From: a virus
DNA length: 64,000 bases
Direction: 5' to 3' (one strand)
IMG/VR virus record: IMGVR_UViG_3300024518_005299
Span: 67,681-131,680 of that record
Of the stretch, positions 55,425 through 64,000 are shown piece by piece. The position numbers and the translations under genes were made by a program. How positions within the stretch are numbered: the stretch's first letter is position 1; the number at the start of each line of letters is the position of its first letter. The notes under the pieces are model-generated. The model saw only the letters and a list, made by a program, of their open reading frames with translations. It ran no database searches and was not told the DNA's origin.

Positions 55425-56119
55425 AATAACGTTTCATTGAACCGCTCCATCAATTCAAATAAAAGATGATGCCGCTGAATATCATCTTTGTGGCATAATT
55501 CCACGATACCTACGCCAGTCATACCATCTAAGCGCTCTATTGCATCAGAAAGCGCTGAGTCCTCAGAGCCTAAATCAGACTGGGCTAGATCACCATTGAA
55601 AACCATTTTAGAATGAGCACCTAGACGACTCATAATCATATAGACCCCTTTTCCTGATAGTCTAATGTTTTGAGCTTCTTCAACAATGATAAAAGCGTTA
55701 TTTAAACTACGACCGCGCAACAATGTCAAAGGTGCAAACTCTATAGTGCCATCATAGATCATTTTATTTATAATATCTCGATCTAAAAAGGCATTTAGAT
55801 TATCAAGAACTGACGATCCAAAAGGTAACATTTTTTCTACAATATTGCCAGGCAGCGCGCCAATAGATTCCCCAAACTTATTGCCAATCACTGGTCGGAC
55901 AACTATAATTCTATGAACTTTATTGTCTGGATGTAATAACTCTAATATAGCTTGCCACGTGGCGAGGAAAGTTTTACCCGATCCCGCATAACCAATACCA
56001 AACGTAAACGTGTTACGTTGCATGCTCTCTAGGTATGCTGATTGATTTTGGGATCTTGGTTGAGCTTTAGATTTAAGATGAATTTCTGTTGATTGATTTC
56101 CTCTTGATTTTCTAGACAA
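55421..56119 (-). CDS. phoH: PhoH-family ATPase (TTG start)
   Basis: GYAGSGKT, GALPG..EKM.P, LRGRSL, IVEEAQN, GDLAQSD. Confidence 0.92.
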   Translation of the reverse strand: MSRKSRGNQSTEIHLKSKAQPRSQNQSAYLESMQRNTFTFGIGYAGSGKTFLATWQAILELLHPDNKVHRIIVVRPVIGNKFGESIGALPGNIVEKMLPFGSSVLDNLNAFLDRDIINKMIYDGTIEFAPLTLLRGRSLNNAFIIVEEAQNIRLSGKGVYMIMSRLGAHSKMVFNGDLAQSDLGSEDSALSDAIERLDGMTGVGIVELCHKDDIQRHHLLFELMERFNETLF

Positions 56120-56155
56120 TAATTTGCTCCTTATTAAATAAGTAAGTTATATAAA

Positions 56156-56716
56156 TTAATATGCAGACGCCCATCCTTTAAATTTGGGGTCGTCTAGTAG
56201 TAGCTTGCCGTCGAGATGATCTAGTTCATGAAGAAAAATTCTAGCATCTAAACCTACAAACATTTCTTCCTTATAAGCTACGCCGTCTTCATCTGTATAG
56301 TCAACAAAGATACGACTTTGACGTTGGACTTTAGCGCCTTTGACATTCTCTGGCAGGTTAGGCACTGAGAAACAATTCTCGACACCGACCGACTTTCCTT
56401 CGCCGCGAATAAGCTTAGGGTTAATAACTGTAATGATCTGATCACTACTGAACGGTTTGCGCATCACAAAGACTCGTTTAGCGACACCAAGCTGTATAGC
56501 CGCCATGCCCAAGCCATCATTTTCCATCACGTAATCTTTTAGAGCCTGCACAAGCTCCTTAGTGTTCTTATCTATATATAATTGACCACTATTATCACCT
56601 AGAACAAATGCTACAGTGTCACTAACTTTGCGCAAGGTTGCTACGTCTTGTTCGTTAGCAATAGTCAATAATTTGAATTTCTTTTCTTCTGTAGTAGTCG
56701 TTTTTTCTTCACTCAT
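56156..56716 (-). CDS. def: peptide deformylase
   Basis: GLGMAAIQLG, ENCFS, HELDHLDG. Confidence 0.9.
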   Translation of the reverse strand: MSEEKTTTTEEKKFKLLTIANEQDVATLRKVSDTVAFVLGDNSGQLYIDKNTKELVQALKDYVMENDGLGMAAIQLGVAKRVFVMRKPFSSDQIITVINPKLIRGEGKSVGVENCFSVPNLPENVKGAKVQRQSRIFVDYTDEDGVAYKEEMFVGLDARIFLHELDHLDGKLLLDDPKFKGWASAY

Positions 56717-57456
56717 GTTTCATTACCGGTAAGATTAATTGCTCCGTTTAGACCAATAAAAATAGTATCCTCAAAATGTGACGCCCAACCATTAGAGGTC
56801 ACAGAAAATCCATCGTAACTATTGTGCTTTAATTTATAACTATCCATTGATAACACAGGCTCGACAGCGTATGCGCGCCCTACCTGAAACACCTCTGTTG
56901 ATGACGTTTCATAGTTAGGTATCTGTGGATCAATATGAATGGCGCGCCCTATACCATGCCCGCAGTATTCTTTGATCACTTTATAGCCTAGCATATAAGC
57001 ACCCATTCCCACTAAAGAGCCGAAGGCACTAATAGGTTGATTGGGCATAATACAATCTTTGGCTGATTGAAAGATATGATTAGAATTCTGAATGAATTGC
57101 TTCTTCTTAACGTCGTTACTATACGTAAATGTTCTAGCGGTGTCCGCATACCATCCTTGATATTGTACTACAAGATCTATTGTAATCATATAATTAGGAT
57201 CAAGCAGCTTGTTGGGCACGCAATGCACCACATCATTATTAATCCCTAAGCAGATAGTGTGTTGATAGGGCTTGAGGGCAAACACAGGATGATAACCCTT
57301 GAGTCCTGGCGTGCCGCCTTCGTCTAGGATGTACTCCTCTAGATTTGCATCTAGTTGCTCTCCATCAATATAATTACGACACAATTCCATGCCTAATCTA
57401 ATAGCCCCCGCGGCTATTTTTCCTGCCATGACCTGTTCTTCGGGAGGTTCAATCAA
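56713..57456 (-). CDS. map: methionine aminopeptidase type I
   Basis: NNDVVHCVP, TID...ADTARTF, GHGIG, AVEP, HFEDTI (all five metal ligands). Confidence 0.9.
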   Translation of the reverse strand: MIEPPEEQVMAGKIAAGAIRLGMELCRNYIDGEQLDANLEEYILDEGGTPGLKGYHPVFALKPYQHTICLGINNDVVHCVPNKLLDPNYMITIDLVVQYQGWYADTARTFTYSNDVKKKQFIQNSNHIFQSAKDCIMPNQPISAFGSLVGMGAYMLGYKVIKEYCGHGIGRAIHIDPQIPNYETSSTEVFQVGRAYAVEPVLSMDSYKLKHNSYDGFSVTSNGWASHFEDTIFIGLNGAINLTGNET

Positions 57457-58420
57457 TGCAATCCTCCCCCGTGACTTTTTTATATCCAGCCTTAGTGAGT
57501 CTACGACCTTTACCGGTGATTTTTACCCATCCTTTTTCAAGCAGGAATGGCTCTATCTTTTTTAACACTTCTTTTTTATCTACCCTTAATTTACCAGCCA
57601 TGGTTTCTAATCCGACCGTACTATTATCAGCTAGGTATGATAGATAGTCTTGATCTTGATCGTTCACACCATCCTCATCGATACCCAAAATATCATCTAG
57701 AGTGCGAATGACATCATGTTTATTACCACCATAGAGGTTGTGGATATCAATGAATGTTTCACAGAGTTCATCTTTTAGATGGCGGATGCTACGTGAACGT
57801 CGTGCTAGCGCGTTACATACTATTTCATTATGACCCTGTCCATGCTGACTAAGGTGCTTGATAGCTATCTGAATCTTATCTTCAATAGTATACGGCTCAA
57901 GATTAATCTTACGCAAACGATTGAGAATAGCTTCTTCAAGCTGTGCTGGATCTGTAGTTGCAAGCGCAAAGGACATATTCTTAGGAAGAGACTCTCTCAT
58001 AATGTCTCCCTTCTCAATAAAATGCATGCCATCTACACACTGAATCAAGCCCATGTCTTTCGGGGCGATGGTGCACAGGGTTGCCGGATCTTCTAGCACA
58101 GACAATAGATTGCGCTGCACCTTATTAGGCAGCTCGTGGCACTCATCGATGAATATAATATAGTAGTTGCTTGGATTCTTCTGGGCGGCTTCGAAGAACT
58201 TGCGGAACGCCAGGGCGTCCTTGATAGCTGTACCATTAATATATATTTCTTTAGCTCCTAGTTCATCTGCCCACTCCGTCACTAACTTCGTTTTACCCAA
58301 TCCGCTTCCACCAAAAATACCAACGGGAGGAATGATACCCCGCCGCTTGTAACCATGTGATAGTAGCTCTAACATTTTCTTCGCTTTGTTTTGTCCTACA
58401 ACGTTTCTTAGCATGTCCAA
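57449..58420 (-). CDS. ruvB: RuvB-like Holliday junction branch-migration AAA+ ATPase
   Basis: GGSGLGKT, FIDECH, ALATT, IEPFLLEKGWVKITGKGR. Confidence 0.75.
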   Translation of the reverse strand: MDMLRNVVGQNKAKKMLELLSHGYKRRGIIPPVGIFGGSGLGKTKLVTEWADELGAKEIYINGTAIKDALAFRKFFEAAQKNPSNYYIIFIDECHELPNKVQRNLLSVLEDPATLCTIAPKDMGLIQCVDGMHFIEKGDIMRESLPKNMSFALATTDPAQLEEAILNRLRKINLEPYTIEDKIQIAIKHLSQHGQGHNEIVCNALARRSRSIRHLKDELCETFIDIHNLYGGNKHDVIRTLDDILGIDEDGVNDQDQDYLSYLADNSTVGLETMAGKLRVDKKEVLKKIEPFLLEKGWVKITGKGRRLTKAGYKKVTGEDCID

Positions 58421-58947
58421 CGTTCCTTTTCTTTTTTTATTTTTAGTTTATTGTAGAGCTTGGCAAGGTTTGCCCACTCATCTTGCCCTTGCGTCTTCAA
58501 AGCTTGTGACGCACGAGCGAATCCATATTCTGCAGGATCTATAACAGCATAGCACACGCAGTTCGTCAAGTCAGGAATACGAAAAGTTTTTCCTACATGA
58601 CTAGCAAACGTACGAATCTTACGCTGTCGTAATAGTGATGTGGCCTCCGGTCCACAAGCAACAACTATAAGGGGTTGAATGATTTCAATCAATTCTTTTA
58701 GGTAGTAACGATTCTGCGCATCGCTACCGCCTTCTACCATGTTTGAAGTGGCACGATACGCATCACTCAACATGTTATTATTTCTAAGTGCGCCCGTAAT
58801 CGCATCACGCGTTGGCATCTTTGAGCGAGGCTGGACCACCACCACGTTTGCATTAGCATTACCAATACCTATCTGGATGTGCTGACCGGGGCAATAAATT
58901 CCCATGCGCCACCTAAAGGTTTCAAGAATATTGTTCTTGTTACTCAT
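58408..58947 (-). CDS. uracil-DNA glycosylase family 4-like fold, degenerate motifs
   Basis: GIGNANANVVVV, YLKELIEIIQP..IVVACG.EA; lacks GEAPG and Fe-S cysteines. Confidence 0.55.
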   Translation of the reverse strand: MSNKNNILETFRWRMGIYCPGQHIQIGIGNANANVVVVQPRSKMPTRDAITGALRNNNMLSDAYRATSNMVEGGSDAQNRYYLKELIEIIQPLIVVACGPEATSLLRQRKIRTFASHVGKTFRIPDLTNCVCYAVIDPAEYGFARASQALKTQGQDEWANLAKLYNKLKIKKEKERWTC

Positions 58948-59956
58948 CCTTGCCTTTGTTACCAACGTAGACTGTTTTAGTTGCAAAGAACGAGCCTGGA
59001 ACAAAACCGTTCTCATCTACCTGGTCTATATTATCTCTAGCTAGCTCTGCGAAACAACTAGTAGTGCCGTCTGCCATGTCTGCCACATGCACAATGCGAG
59101 CTTCGACAGACTGAGGTTTGACTGGCGAGCCCCACTCTAAGGTGCCATGATGAGCTAGGATACAGTGATTTATATGATCTTTGATTGCCTCAGGGATCTC
59201 ACGACGAAGTACGCCTTCTGCTCGAATGAATGCTTGTACGGACAAACCATAACTCATTGGTAGGTGCGCTAATAATAGACCGCTACGTGTATGGTGTACG
59301 CCCGTAGGGCTTACCTTATAAGCATACATCTTTCCAAGATCGTGACATAAAACACCGGCTATTATAATGTCGCGATCAATTTTTACTGGGTCTTTTGCTG
59401 ATAGTTGTGCTTGTATAATTCCTTGAGCGTTTAGCATAACTTTGAGAGTATGCTCTGAAAGTCCGCCAAAATACGCACCTCGATTACTCACCGATGCTGG
59501 TGCTGTTTTGAATAACTCTTGTGTTGCTGGATCATCAAAAATAACATCTAGATAAGTTTTGATAAAGATGTTTTCTACTTGGTTCTTAAAAATCATTAGA
59601 GACGCGAAGCATTCATCAGCTTGCTTTGCAGTGAGCCGTAAGTCTGACTCGTAAGGATTCAGGTCTGTTGGTGAAGGCATTGACATTGGCGCGCCCTTAG
59701 CAACTGCGCTTCTTTGACCCTTGTAGTCTTGAATTTCAATTTCTAAACGAATGAACGACCCTGAAGCAATATCTACATATTGATTAACATCAAAGTCCCA
59801 AATTTTTACATCTAATGAACCAGACTTATCTTTTAATGTTAGAACAGAATATACTTTATTGTTTTTAGCAACACGAGTATTAGTATTAGCTATTAAAAAT
59901 AATTGACTTATTACATCGCCTATTTTGAAAGCTTGGATTGGTTTATACGGTAACAT
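58940..59956 (-). CDS. OB-fold + HD domain 3'-5' exoribonuclease (YhaM/Cbf1-like)
   Basis: YSVLTLKDKSGSLDVKIW, GGLSEHT, CHDLGK, HHGTLEWGSP, ADMAD. Confidence 0.85.
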   Translation of the reverse strand: MLPYKPIQAFKIGDVISQLFLIANTNTRVAKNNKVYSVLTLKDKSGSLDVKIWDFDVNQYVDIASGSFIRLEIEIQDYKGQRSAVAKGAPMSMPSPTDLNPYESDLRLTAKQADECFASLMIFKNQVENIFIKTYLDVIFDDPATQELFKTAPASVSNRGAYFGGLSEHTLKVMLNAQGIIQAQLSAKDPVKIDRDIIIAGVLCHDLGKMYAYKVSPTGVHHTRSGLLLAHLPMSYGLSVQAFIRAEGVLRREIPEAIKDHINHCILAHHGTLEWGSPVKPQSVEARIVHVADMADGTTSCFAELARDNIDQVDENGFVPGSFFATKTVYVGNKGKDE

Positions 59957-60025
59957 TTTGTTGCCTAGCAATCAATTGACATATAGAAATGAATTTTTGA
60001 CCTATGATATTTTTAGCTGGCGCCA

Positions 60026-60229
60026 TTACTTGTTTCTTTTCTCTGCACGACGATAGGTAGGTCGATCAAGTTCACTACCAAAATCTTCAGCGCACGCAGG
60101 GCAGTATGCAATGGTCACGATAATGACATTGATCTGGTCCCCGGGTCTTAACTCTTCGCGCTCACTACACCACTTAGTCTTGCAACGTCTACATTCACGA
60201 AATGAAATTGTTCTAATTGGCCAGTCCAT
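60026..60229 (-). CDS. CxxC zinc-binding small protein
   Basis: CRRC, CPAC. Confidence 0.5.
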   Translation of the reverse strand: MDWPIRTISFRECRRCKTKWCSEREELRPGDQINVIIVTIAYCPACAEDFGSELDRPTYRRAEKRNK

Positions 60230-60309
60230 TTGTATCTTAATTTTTTTTCGTTATGTTTTTAAAAACTTGGAACACTCAAGTAGCTCTGGTGTGAATAATT
60301 GACTCGTTC

Positions 60310-60522
60310 CTAAGTGATTTCTGCATCAATACAGCGAATTGGATACCCACAACTTTCACATTTGATAAAAGTATTATCATCTACCGTCACTGGTGGATGT
60401 TCTTCAACAATTTTTCCCTCACTATCTTTAATAGACATACCACTCACCAATTCTTCTTCTGGGAAGGTATTGACGTAGCCACAATACTGGGTATTGGTAC
60501 ACTTTACACTAATCGTTCTCAT
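60310..60522 (-). CDS. zinc-ribbon small protein
   Basis: CTNTQYC, CESC. Confidence 0.55.
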   Translation of the reverse strand: MRTISVKCTNTQYCGYVNTFPEEELVSGMSIKDSEGKIVEEHPPVTVDDNTFIKCESCGYPIRCIDAEIT

Positions 60523-61153
60523 AATCCGTAGCCCTCTCTTTCATCCTTTCAGTTAACCTTATAATCATTTTGCGCGCCTTGGTCTTACAAATGCCATGTC
60601 TATTTGATAATTCTTGGAATGAATACCCATCTATTATATAATCTTTTACTAGATTACGTTCAAGTTCTGAGAATCCACTTAGAAAATAGTCTTCTATGTC
60701 TTGCTGTATGAAGTCTACGCCCGACCCCATTGGTATGTCGAATTGTGCATCATGCCCTGAATCACTATTCAATTTATATTGATGGTCGATATGAATGACT
60801 CCAATATTAATGAGCGTCTCCCAATCGTCTCGTGCACATTTTTGAGAGATACTTAATTGATGGCTAAACCTCTGACAGTAAGTCAGGATCGCATTCTTTA
60901 TATAGGGGAAGGCATGTGTTCTAAATGATTTTACAACATTATTCGTATGACAAAGCGTAAGATCAAATGATTGATAGGCGATGGTAGCACCCATATAACC
61001 CTCAAGCGCGAGATCTTCTTGTGAAATCATTGCGCTGTAGGTGTATCTATTATAAGCTTTGTTGAATCGTGTCGCCGTGCAGTTGATTAGATCATGTAAG
61101 TTTTGATCAAGCAGGGCATCTAGAGGAGGTAAGGTAGTGGTATCATCATTCAT
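60509..61153 (-). CDS. sigma-70-family RNA polymerase sigma factor-like protein
   Basis: SQEDLALEGYMG, FRTHAFPYIKNAI (region 2); LERNLV...GYSFQELS (region 4). Confidence 0.7.
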   Translation of the reverse strand: MNDDTTTLPPLDALLDQNLHDLINCTATRFNKAYNRYTYSAMISQEDLALEGYMGATIAYQSFDLTLCHTNNVVKSFRTHAFPYIKNAILTYCQRFSHQLSISQKCARDDWETLINIGVIHIDHQYKLNSDSGHDAQFDIPMGSGVDFIQQDIEDYFLSGFSELERNLVKDYIIDGYSFQELSNRHGICKTKARKMIIRLTERMKERATDYEND

Positions 61154-61154
61154 A

Positions 61155-61550
61155 TTAGGCTTCTTGGCAAACGTAATGCTGCAATTCCGCGAACGCAATT
61201 TCCGTCCATACATCGCGCGCCTCTGCTGTCATCTTATTAAATTCCAATAAAATATTTGGGTGCCCAGAGTTTGGCACACTCTCTAATATATTGACACGGT
61301 TCGGCTCTTCACACTTAAGGTAGGGCTGTTTCATCTCAACGTCATATAGAAAGATTCCTTTGACGCTTTGATCATTTCCTAGGTCATATAAAGACGCTTC
61401 TAGTTGACCTAATTTAATCCGTATCCTATCACATGTAGACTTAGTGTAATATAGTACTATAATCATCATTTCAAATGAATTAGTCGCTCCGTTGTGAAAT
61501 AATCTTGTTTTAGTGGCCTCAACCTCAACCCAATTGATTTTTATGCTCAT
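61155..61550 (-). CDS. hypothetical protein
   Basis: aagg RBS. Confidence 0.55.
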   Translation of the reverse strand: MSIKINWVEVEATKTRLFHNGATNSFEMMIIVLYYTKSTCDRIRIKLGQLEASLYDLGNDQSVKGIFLYDVEMKQPYLKCEEPNRVNILESVPNSGHPNILLEFNKMTAEARDVWTEIAFAELQHYVCQEA

Positions 61551-61565
61551 AGATACTGCTACCTT

Positions 61566-61745
61566 TTACCAATCATAAAATGGATCATGAGTAACTTCGC
61601 CATAAAGAAACATATGATCTACATCATCGAGGTGATTCTTTTTAGCGGGACGACGAGGCTGTGGGGGCGGCGTAGGGTAATGTCCCCTGACCAACAGCGC
61701 CACGCCCATGCCTAGAACAAATAGTATCACTAGTAATATACTCAT
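61566..61745 (-). CDS. small single-TM protein
   Basis: Hydrophobic N-terminus, Pro-rich linker. Confidence 0.5.
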   Translation of the reverse strand: MSILLVILFVLGMGVALLVRGHYPTPPPQPRRPAKKNHLDDVDHMFLYGEVTHDPFYDW

Positions 61746-61751
61746 CGTGGT

Positions 61752-61763
61752 ATTATACACTAA
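61752..61763 (-). promoter_or_regulatory. Motif A variant (ttagtgtataat)
   Basis: Intergenic, just before ATG 61745. Confidence 0.4.
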
Positions 61764-61766
61764 CCC

Positions 61767-62258
61767 TTAATATCTTTTGACCACGCCCAGCTTGTCCACA
61801 ATAAAGTTTCCCTTGCCCCAAATTGCGAAAGGAGACGTGACCTGCCACATAACGCGCGTCCTGACCTTTAAGTAGGGGTTGGACAAAGTTTTTAATCTGG
61901 TGTCAATCTTTTTGTATTCAGCGATTTCGTGACAATAAAGAAATTTGCCACTAATGATGGCGATGTTTTTAATCTTTTCCCTTTGATAGTAGGCGATGAC
62001 ATAAAACGTATTAGGATCAGGCGCCGCCGAGTTAAGATTGATACCTCTCGTCAGGCTTGTCGTGCTCTTGGCTTCAATGCCTATACCATTGCTAAGTAGG
62101 ACATCGGGGTCCACCTCTGTATTATGCTTAGCTTTTGGATCTTGTTGTCTACAACATTCTATCACTAGCTGTTCCAGATCTTGCCATCGCTTGATGCGTT
62201 GATTAGAACTAACCAATTCATGCAGTAATTGCGTTAAGCTAAATCCTCGCTTGTCCAT
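61767..62258 (-). CDS. PD-(D/E)xK restriction-endonuclease-like protein
   Basis: DPDVLL...IEAKS. Confidence 0.5.
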   Translation of the reverse strand: MDKRGFSLTQLLHELVSSNQRIKRWQDLEQLVIECCRQQDPKAKHNTEVDPDVLLSNGIGIEAKSTTSLTRGINLNSAAPDPNTFYVIAYYQREKIKNIAIISGKFLYCHEIAEYKKIDTRLKTLSNPYLKVRTRVMWQVTSPFAIWGKGNFIVDKLGVVKRY

Positions 62259-62262
62259 AAAC

Positions 62263-62493
62263 CTATTGAGGTGGAATGTTCAGCTGAGTCTCCAGCTCTT
62301 TGATACGATTGTCTCGTGTCTCTAACATCTCACCATATTGTTCCGTCAATGTGTTAATGGTGTCCGTTAAAGAATTGAGGTCTTGGACCAAACGATGGAG
62401 CGCTAGCTCGTCTTCGTCTGATCCAATCCCACCTTCTTTATTACGAATACGTTGAATGATCTTCTTAATCTTGCCAACGTTTTCCCTCATCAT
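62263..62493 (-). CDS. coiled-coil hypothetical protein
   Basis: Heptad pattern. Confidence 0.5.
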   Translation of the reverse strand: MMRENVGKIKKIIQRIRNKEGGIGSDEDELALHRLVQDLNSLTDTINTLTEQYGEMLETRDNRIKELETQLNIPPQ

Positions 62494-62494
62494 C

Positions 62495-62755
62495 TCAGGC
62501 TGCTCCCAACATACCCAACAGCTTCTCTAGATGCTTTGGTGCATCAGGATGTCCATTACGTTGTGCTGTACAAAACGTGGCCGCCTGGGCTTGTAGCTCA
62601 GCGTTCCCTGCAGGAGCCATCTTGACACCTTCTAGCTCTTCGATACGATCCAGGGTCTTTCGGTAGGCTTCCTGCAAACCATTATGTTCAACCCGCAAAG
62701 CTTCTAGCTCCAGCTCTAGCTCAAGGATAAACTCAGTCTCTTCTTCGTCGTTCAT
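62495..62755 (-). CDS. hypothetical protein
   Basis: TAATG coupling. Confidence 0.5.
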   Translation of the reverse strand: MNDEEETEFILELELELEALRVEHNGLQEAYRKTLDRIEELEGVKMAPAGNAELQAQAATFCTAQRNGHPDAPKHLEKLLGMLGAA

Positions 62756-62997
62756 TACTTATCCTCTAGTTGTCCGACCGCAAGCGCGCGTGACTCGTTA
62801 AACGCTTCTTCGCGAGTCAATCGACGAATCTTAGCCTGATCATTGGTCATACGATATCGCTTGTTGGTTACCTCATGGTAATTCTTGATGGTCAGCGAAT
62901 CTGGATCGACCCCCTCAGGAATCAAAAAGTTTACAAGAGGGCGCCGAGCTGGCTTCTTCTTAACGGTGGTTTTTTGTGTTACTTCATTTTTACTCAT
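62755..62997 (-). CDS. basic hypothetical protein
   Basis: aggag RBS. Confidence 0.55.
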   Translation of the reverse strand: MSKNEVTQKTTVKKKPARRPLVNFLIPEGVDPDSLTIKNYHEVTNKRYRMTNDQAKIRRLTREEAFNESRALAVGQLEDK

Positions 62998-63040
62998 TAC
63001 AATCTCCTAAATCATTTATAAAATATGGGTACTTCAATCT

Positions 63041-63054
63041 TTATTATGTGTCAA
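63041..63054 (-). promoter_or_regulatory. Motif B (ttgacacataataa)
   Basis: Intergenic, sense orientation to 62755-62997. Confidence 0.5.
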
Positions 63055-63063
63055 CTATTATTT

Positions 63064-63546
63064 TTACTTACTATTGACACCGCTGTCTTGCAAAATCTTA
63101 TGTACATGCCTTAACACTGTAGCGTAATGGATACTAGGATAATCCCTCTGAATTGTGGCTGCCGTGTCGCCTCGAAGTGCGCGCTGATATATCCTTCGCT
63201 TCTGCCTAGTTGTTAGAAAATGTTTGCCACGTCGCATGTCCGTACGCTTTTTAGTGACTCCGATCAATCTATGTGCATCAGAAAGTGATCCAATAAACAA
63301 ATGATTAGGGTTGCAGCATAGCTTATTCAAACAAGTATGCAGAACGCATTGACCACGACTAGTAGACAAGCGCTGCCCCGACAAGAGCTTGTAAGCAACG
63401 CGATGAGCATTTAGTAGCTTACCCTTATGAGAAATGACTCCCGTAGGGCCATAGGGGATTTTTGCCCCTGTCCACAACCAACATTCATCGGCGTCTCCAA
63501 ACTCTACTTTCTCTACAAACTTTTCTTCTAATGTTTTGCGCTTCAT
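63064..63546 (-). CDS. HNH endonuclease (His-Cys box/HNH_3-like)
   Basis: CWLWTG, AHRVAY, VLHTC.N..CCNPNHL. Confidence 0.75.
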   Translation of the reverse strand: MKRKTLEEKFVEKVEFGDADECWLWTGAKIPYGPTGVISHKGKLLNAHRVAYKLLSGQRLSTSRGQCVLHTCLNKLCCNPNHLFIGSLSDAHRLIGVTKKRTDMRRGKHFLTTRQKRRIYQRALRGDTAATIQRDYPSIHYATVLRHVHKILQDSGVNSK

Positions 63547-63785
63547 TACATACTCCTACGATCTACTAACAAACCTAACCAGAATAAAAATAGAGCTTGA
63601 GCTGTGCATATCAACCCTAGTTGACTACAAGGATTCCACTCCAATAATTCAACAAATGTATCAGGCGTATGACCCTGCGTACGACCTACGACTTCTAATA
63701 GTGGTAGCATAATACCACAGAACAAGAAGATAGCGCTAGTCATATAAAGTATAGCGCTTGCTTTTAGCTCTAGCTTAGAACTCAT
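63546..63785 (-). CDS. small 2-TM membrane protein
   Basis: Two hydrophobic stretches. Confidence 0.5.
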   Translation of the reverse strand: MSSKLELKASAILYMTSAIFLFCGIMLPLLEVVGRTQGHTPDTFVELLEWNPCSQLGLICTAQALFLFWLGLLVDRRSM

Positions 63786-63999
63786 CTACCTCACTAGCCC
63801 TTCGATGAATCTCTGCTTTGTAGTTGCTAAAGGTACGACCAGCATTATACGCACGCTTCGAGCCCACTTCATTCTCGGGAAATTCCGCACGATATATAGC
63901 AGCTGCTGCTTCAGCTGTATTGTCTGGATCAAATTCAAGATCATCTATATGAAGTATCAGACAATGTCGCTGGGCTCGACCTATAATACGCTGCTCTAC
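63775..63999 (-). CDS. hypothetical protein, truncated by the window edge
   Basis: Open frame VEQRIIGRAQRH...SEVDEF*. Confidence 0.45.
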   Translation of the reverse strand, partial: VEQRIIGRAQRHCLILHIDDLEFDPDNTAEAAAAIYRAEFPENEVGSKRAYNAGRTFSNYKAEIHRRASEVDEF

Positions 64000-64000
64000 T

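Noticed and set aside
46538-60302. Plus-strand ORFs in the minus block (e.g. 49261-49734, 50920-51231, 52860-53183, 57830-58096)
   Set aside because: Antisense shadows of well-supported minus-strand genes.
61441-61450. TTAGTGTAAT as another motif A promoter
   Set aside because: It lies antisense inside a coding gene; the 8-mer core alone is expected occasionally by chance.
1-64000. Alternative genetic code (TAG/TGA reassignment, known in some large phages)
   Set aside because: Conserved enzymes are full length in code 11, and all three stop codons end genes at overlap-coupled junctions.
1-64000. CRISPR array, tRNA, rRNA
   Set aside because: No regularly spaced repeats and no cloverleaf with a complete acceptor stem were seen by eye; tRNAscan-SE or ARAGORN would confirm.

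Overview
This 64 kb window reads as a segment of a large (jumbo/huge-type) dsDNA bacteriophage genome. It is tightly packed with 1-11 bp gene overlaps and SD-led starts, uses the standard genetic code, and shows no tRNA, rRNA or CRISPR. Two convergent blocks meet at about 44.05 kb. The plus-strand block (1-44 kb) starts with a ~31.5 kb glycosylation island. The island has about 11 glycosyltransferases, Gmd, an intein-split Fcl/ColC-like epimerase-reductase, a Lys-type DegT aminotransferase, a second DegT-family enzyme with His at the catalytic Lys position (ColD-like), two methyltransferases, a GNAT, a purine salvage/IMPDH-family module and a serpin-like protein. A recombination/nucleotide module follows: a Rad52/Sak-like protein, a Whirly-like ssDNA-binding protein, dUTPase, class II RNR, dCMP deaminase, intein-split ThyX and IscA. 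The minus-strand block (44-64 kb) encodes Ser-Gly-rich fibre/structural proteins, a trypsin-like protease, lipoproteins, PhoH, adjacent peptide deformylase and methionine aminopeptidase, RuvB-like, UDG-like, YhaM-like and sigma-factor-like proteins. Selfish elements are abundant: 3 LAGLIDADG inteins, 5 GIY-YIG, 4 HNH and 1 Vsr/EDxHD-type endonuclease ORFs. Two recurring intergenic motifs and one GC-rich structured intergenic segment are visible. The best candidates for novelty are a phage-encoded GDP-colitose-like pathway with possible virion Ser-Gly O-glycosylation, a close Whirly homologue, a serpin-like protein, and a PDF+MAP pair. All family assignments come from motif recognition by eye; no database search was run.
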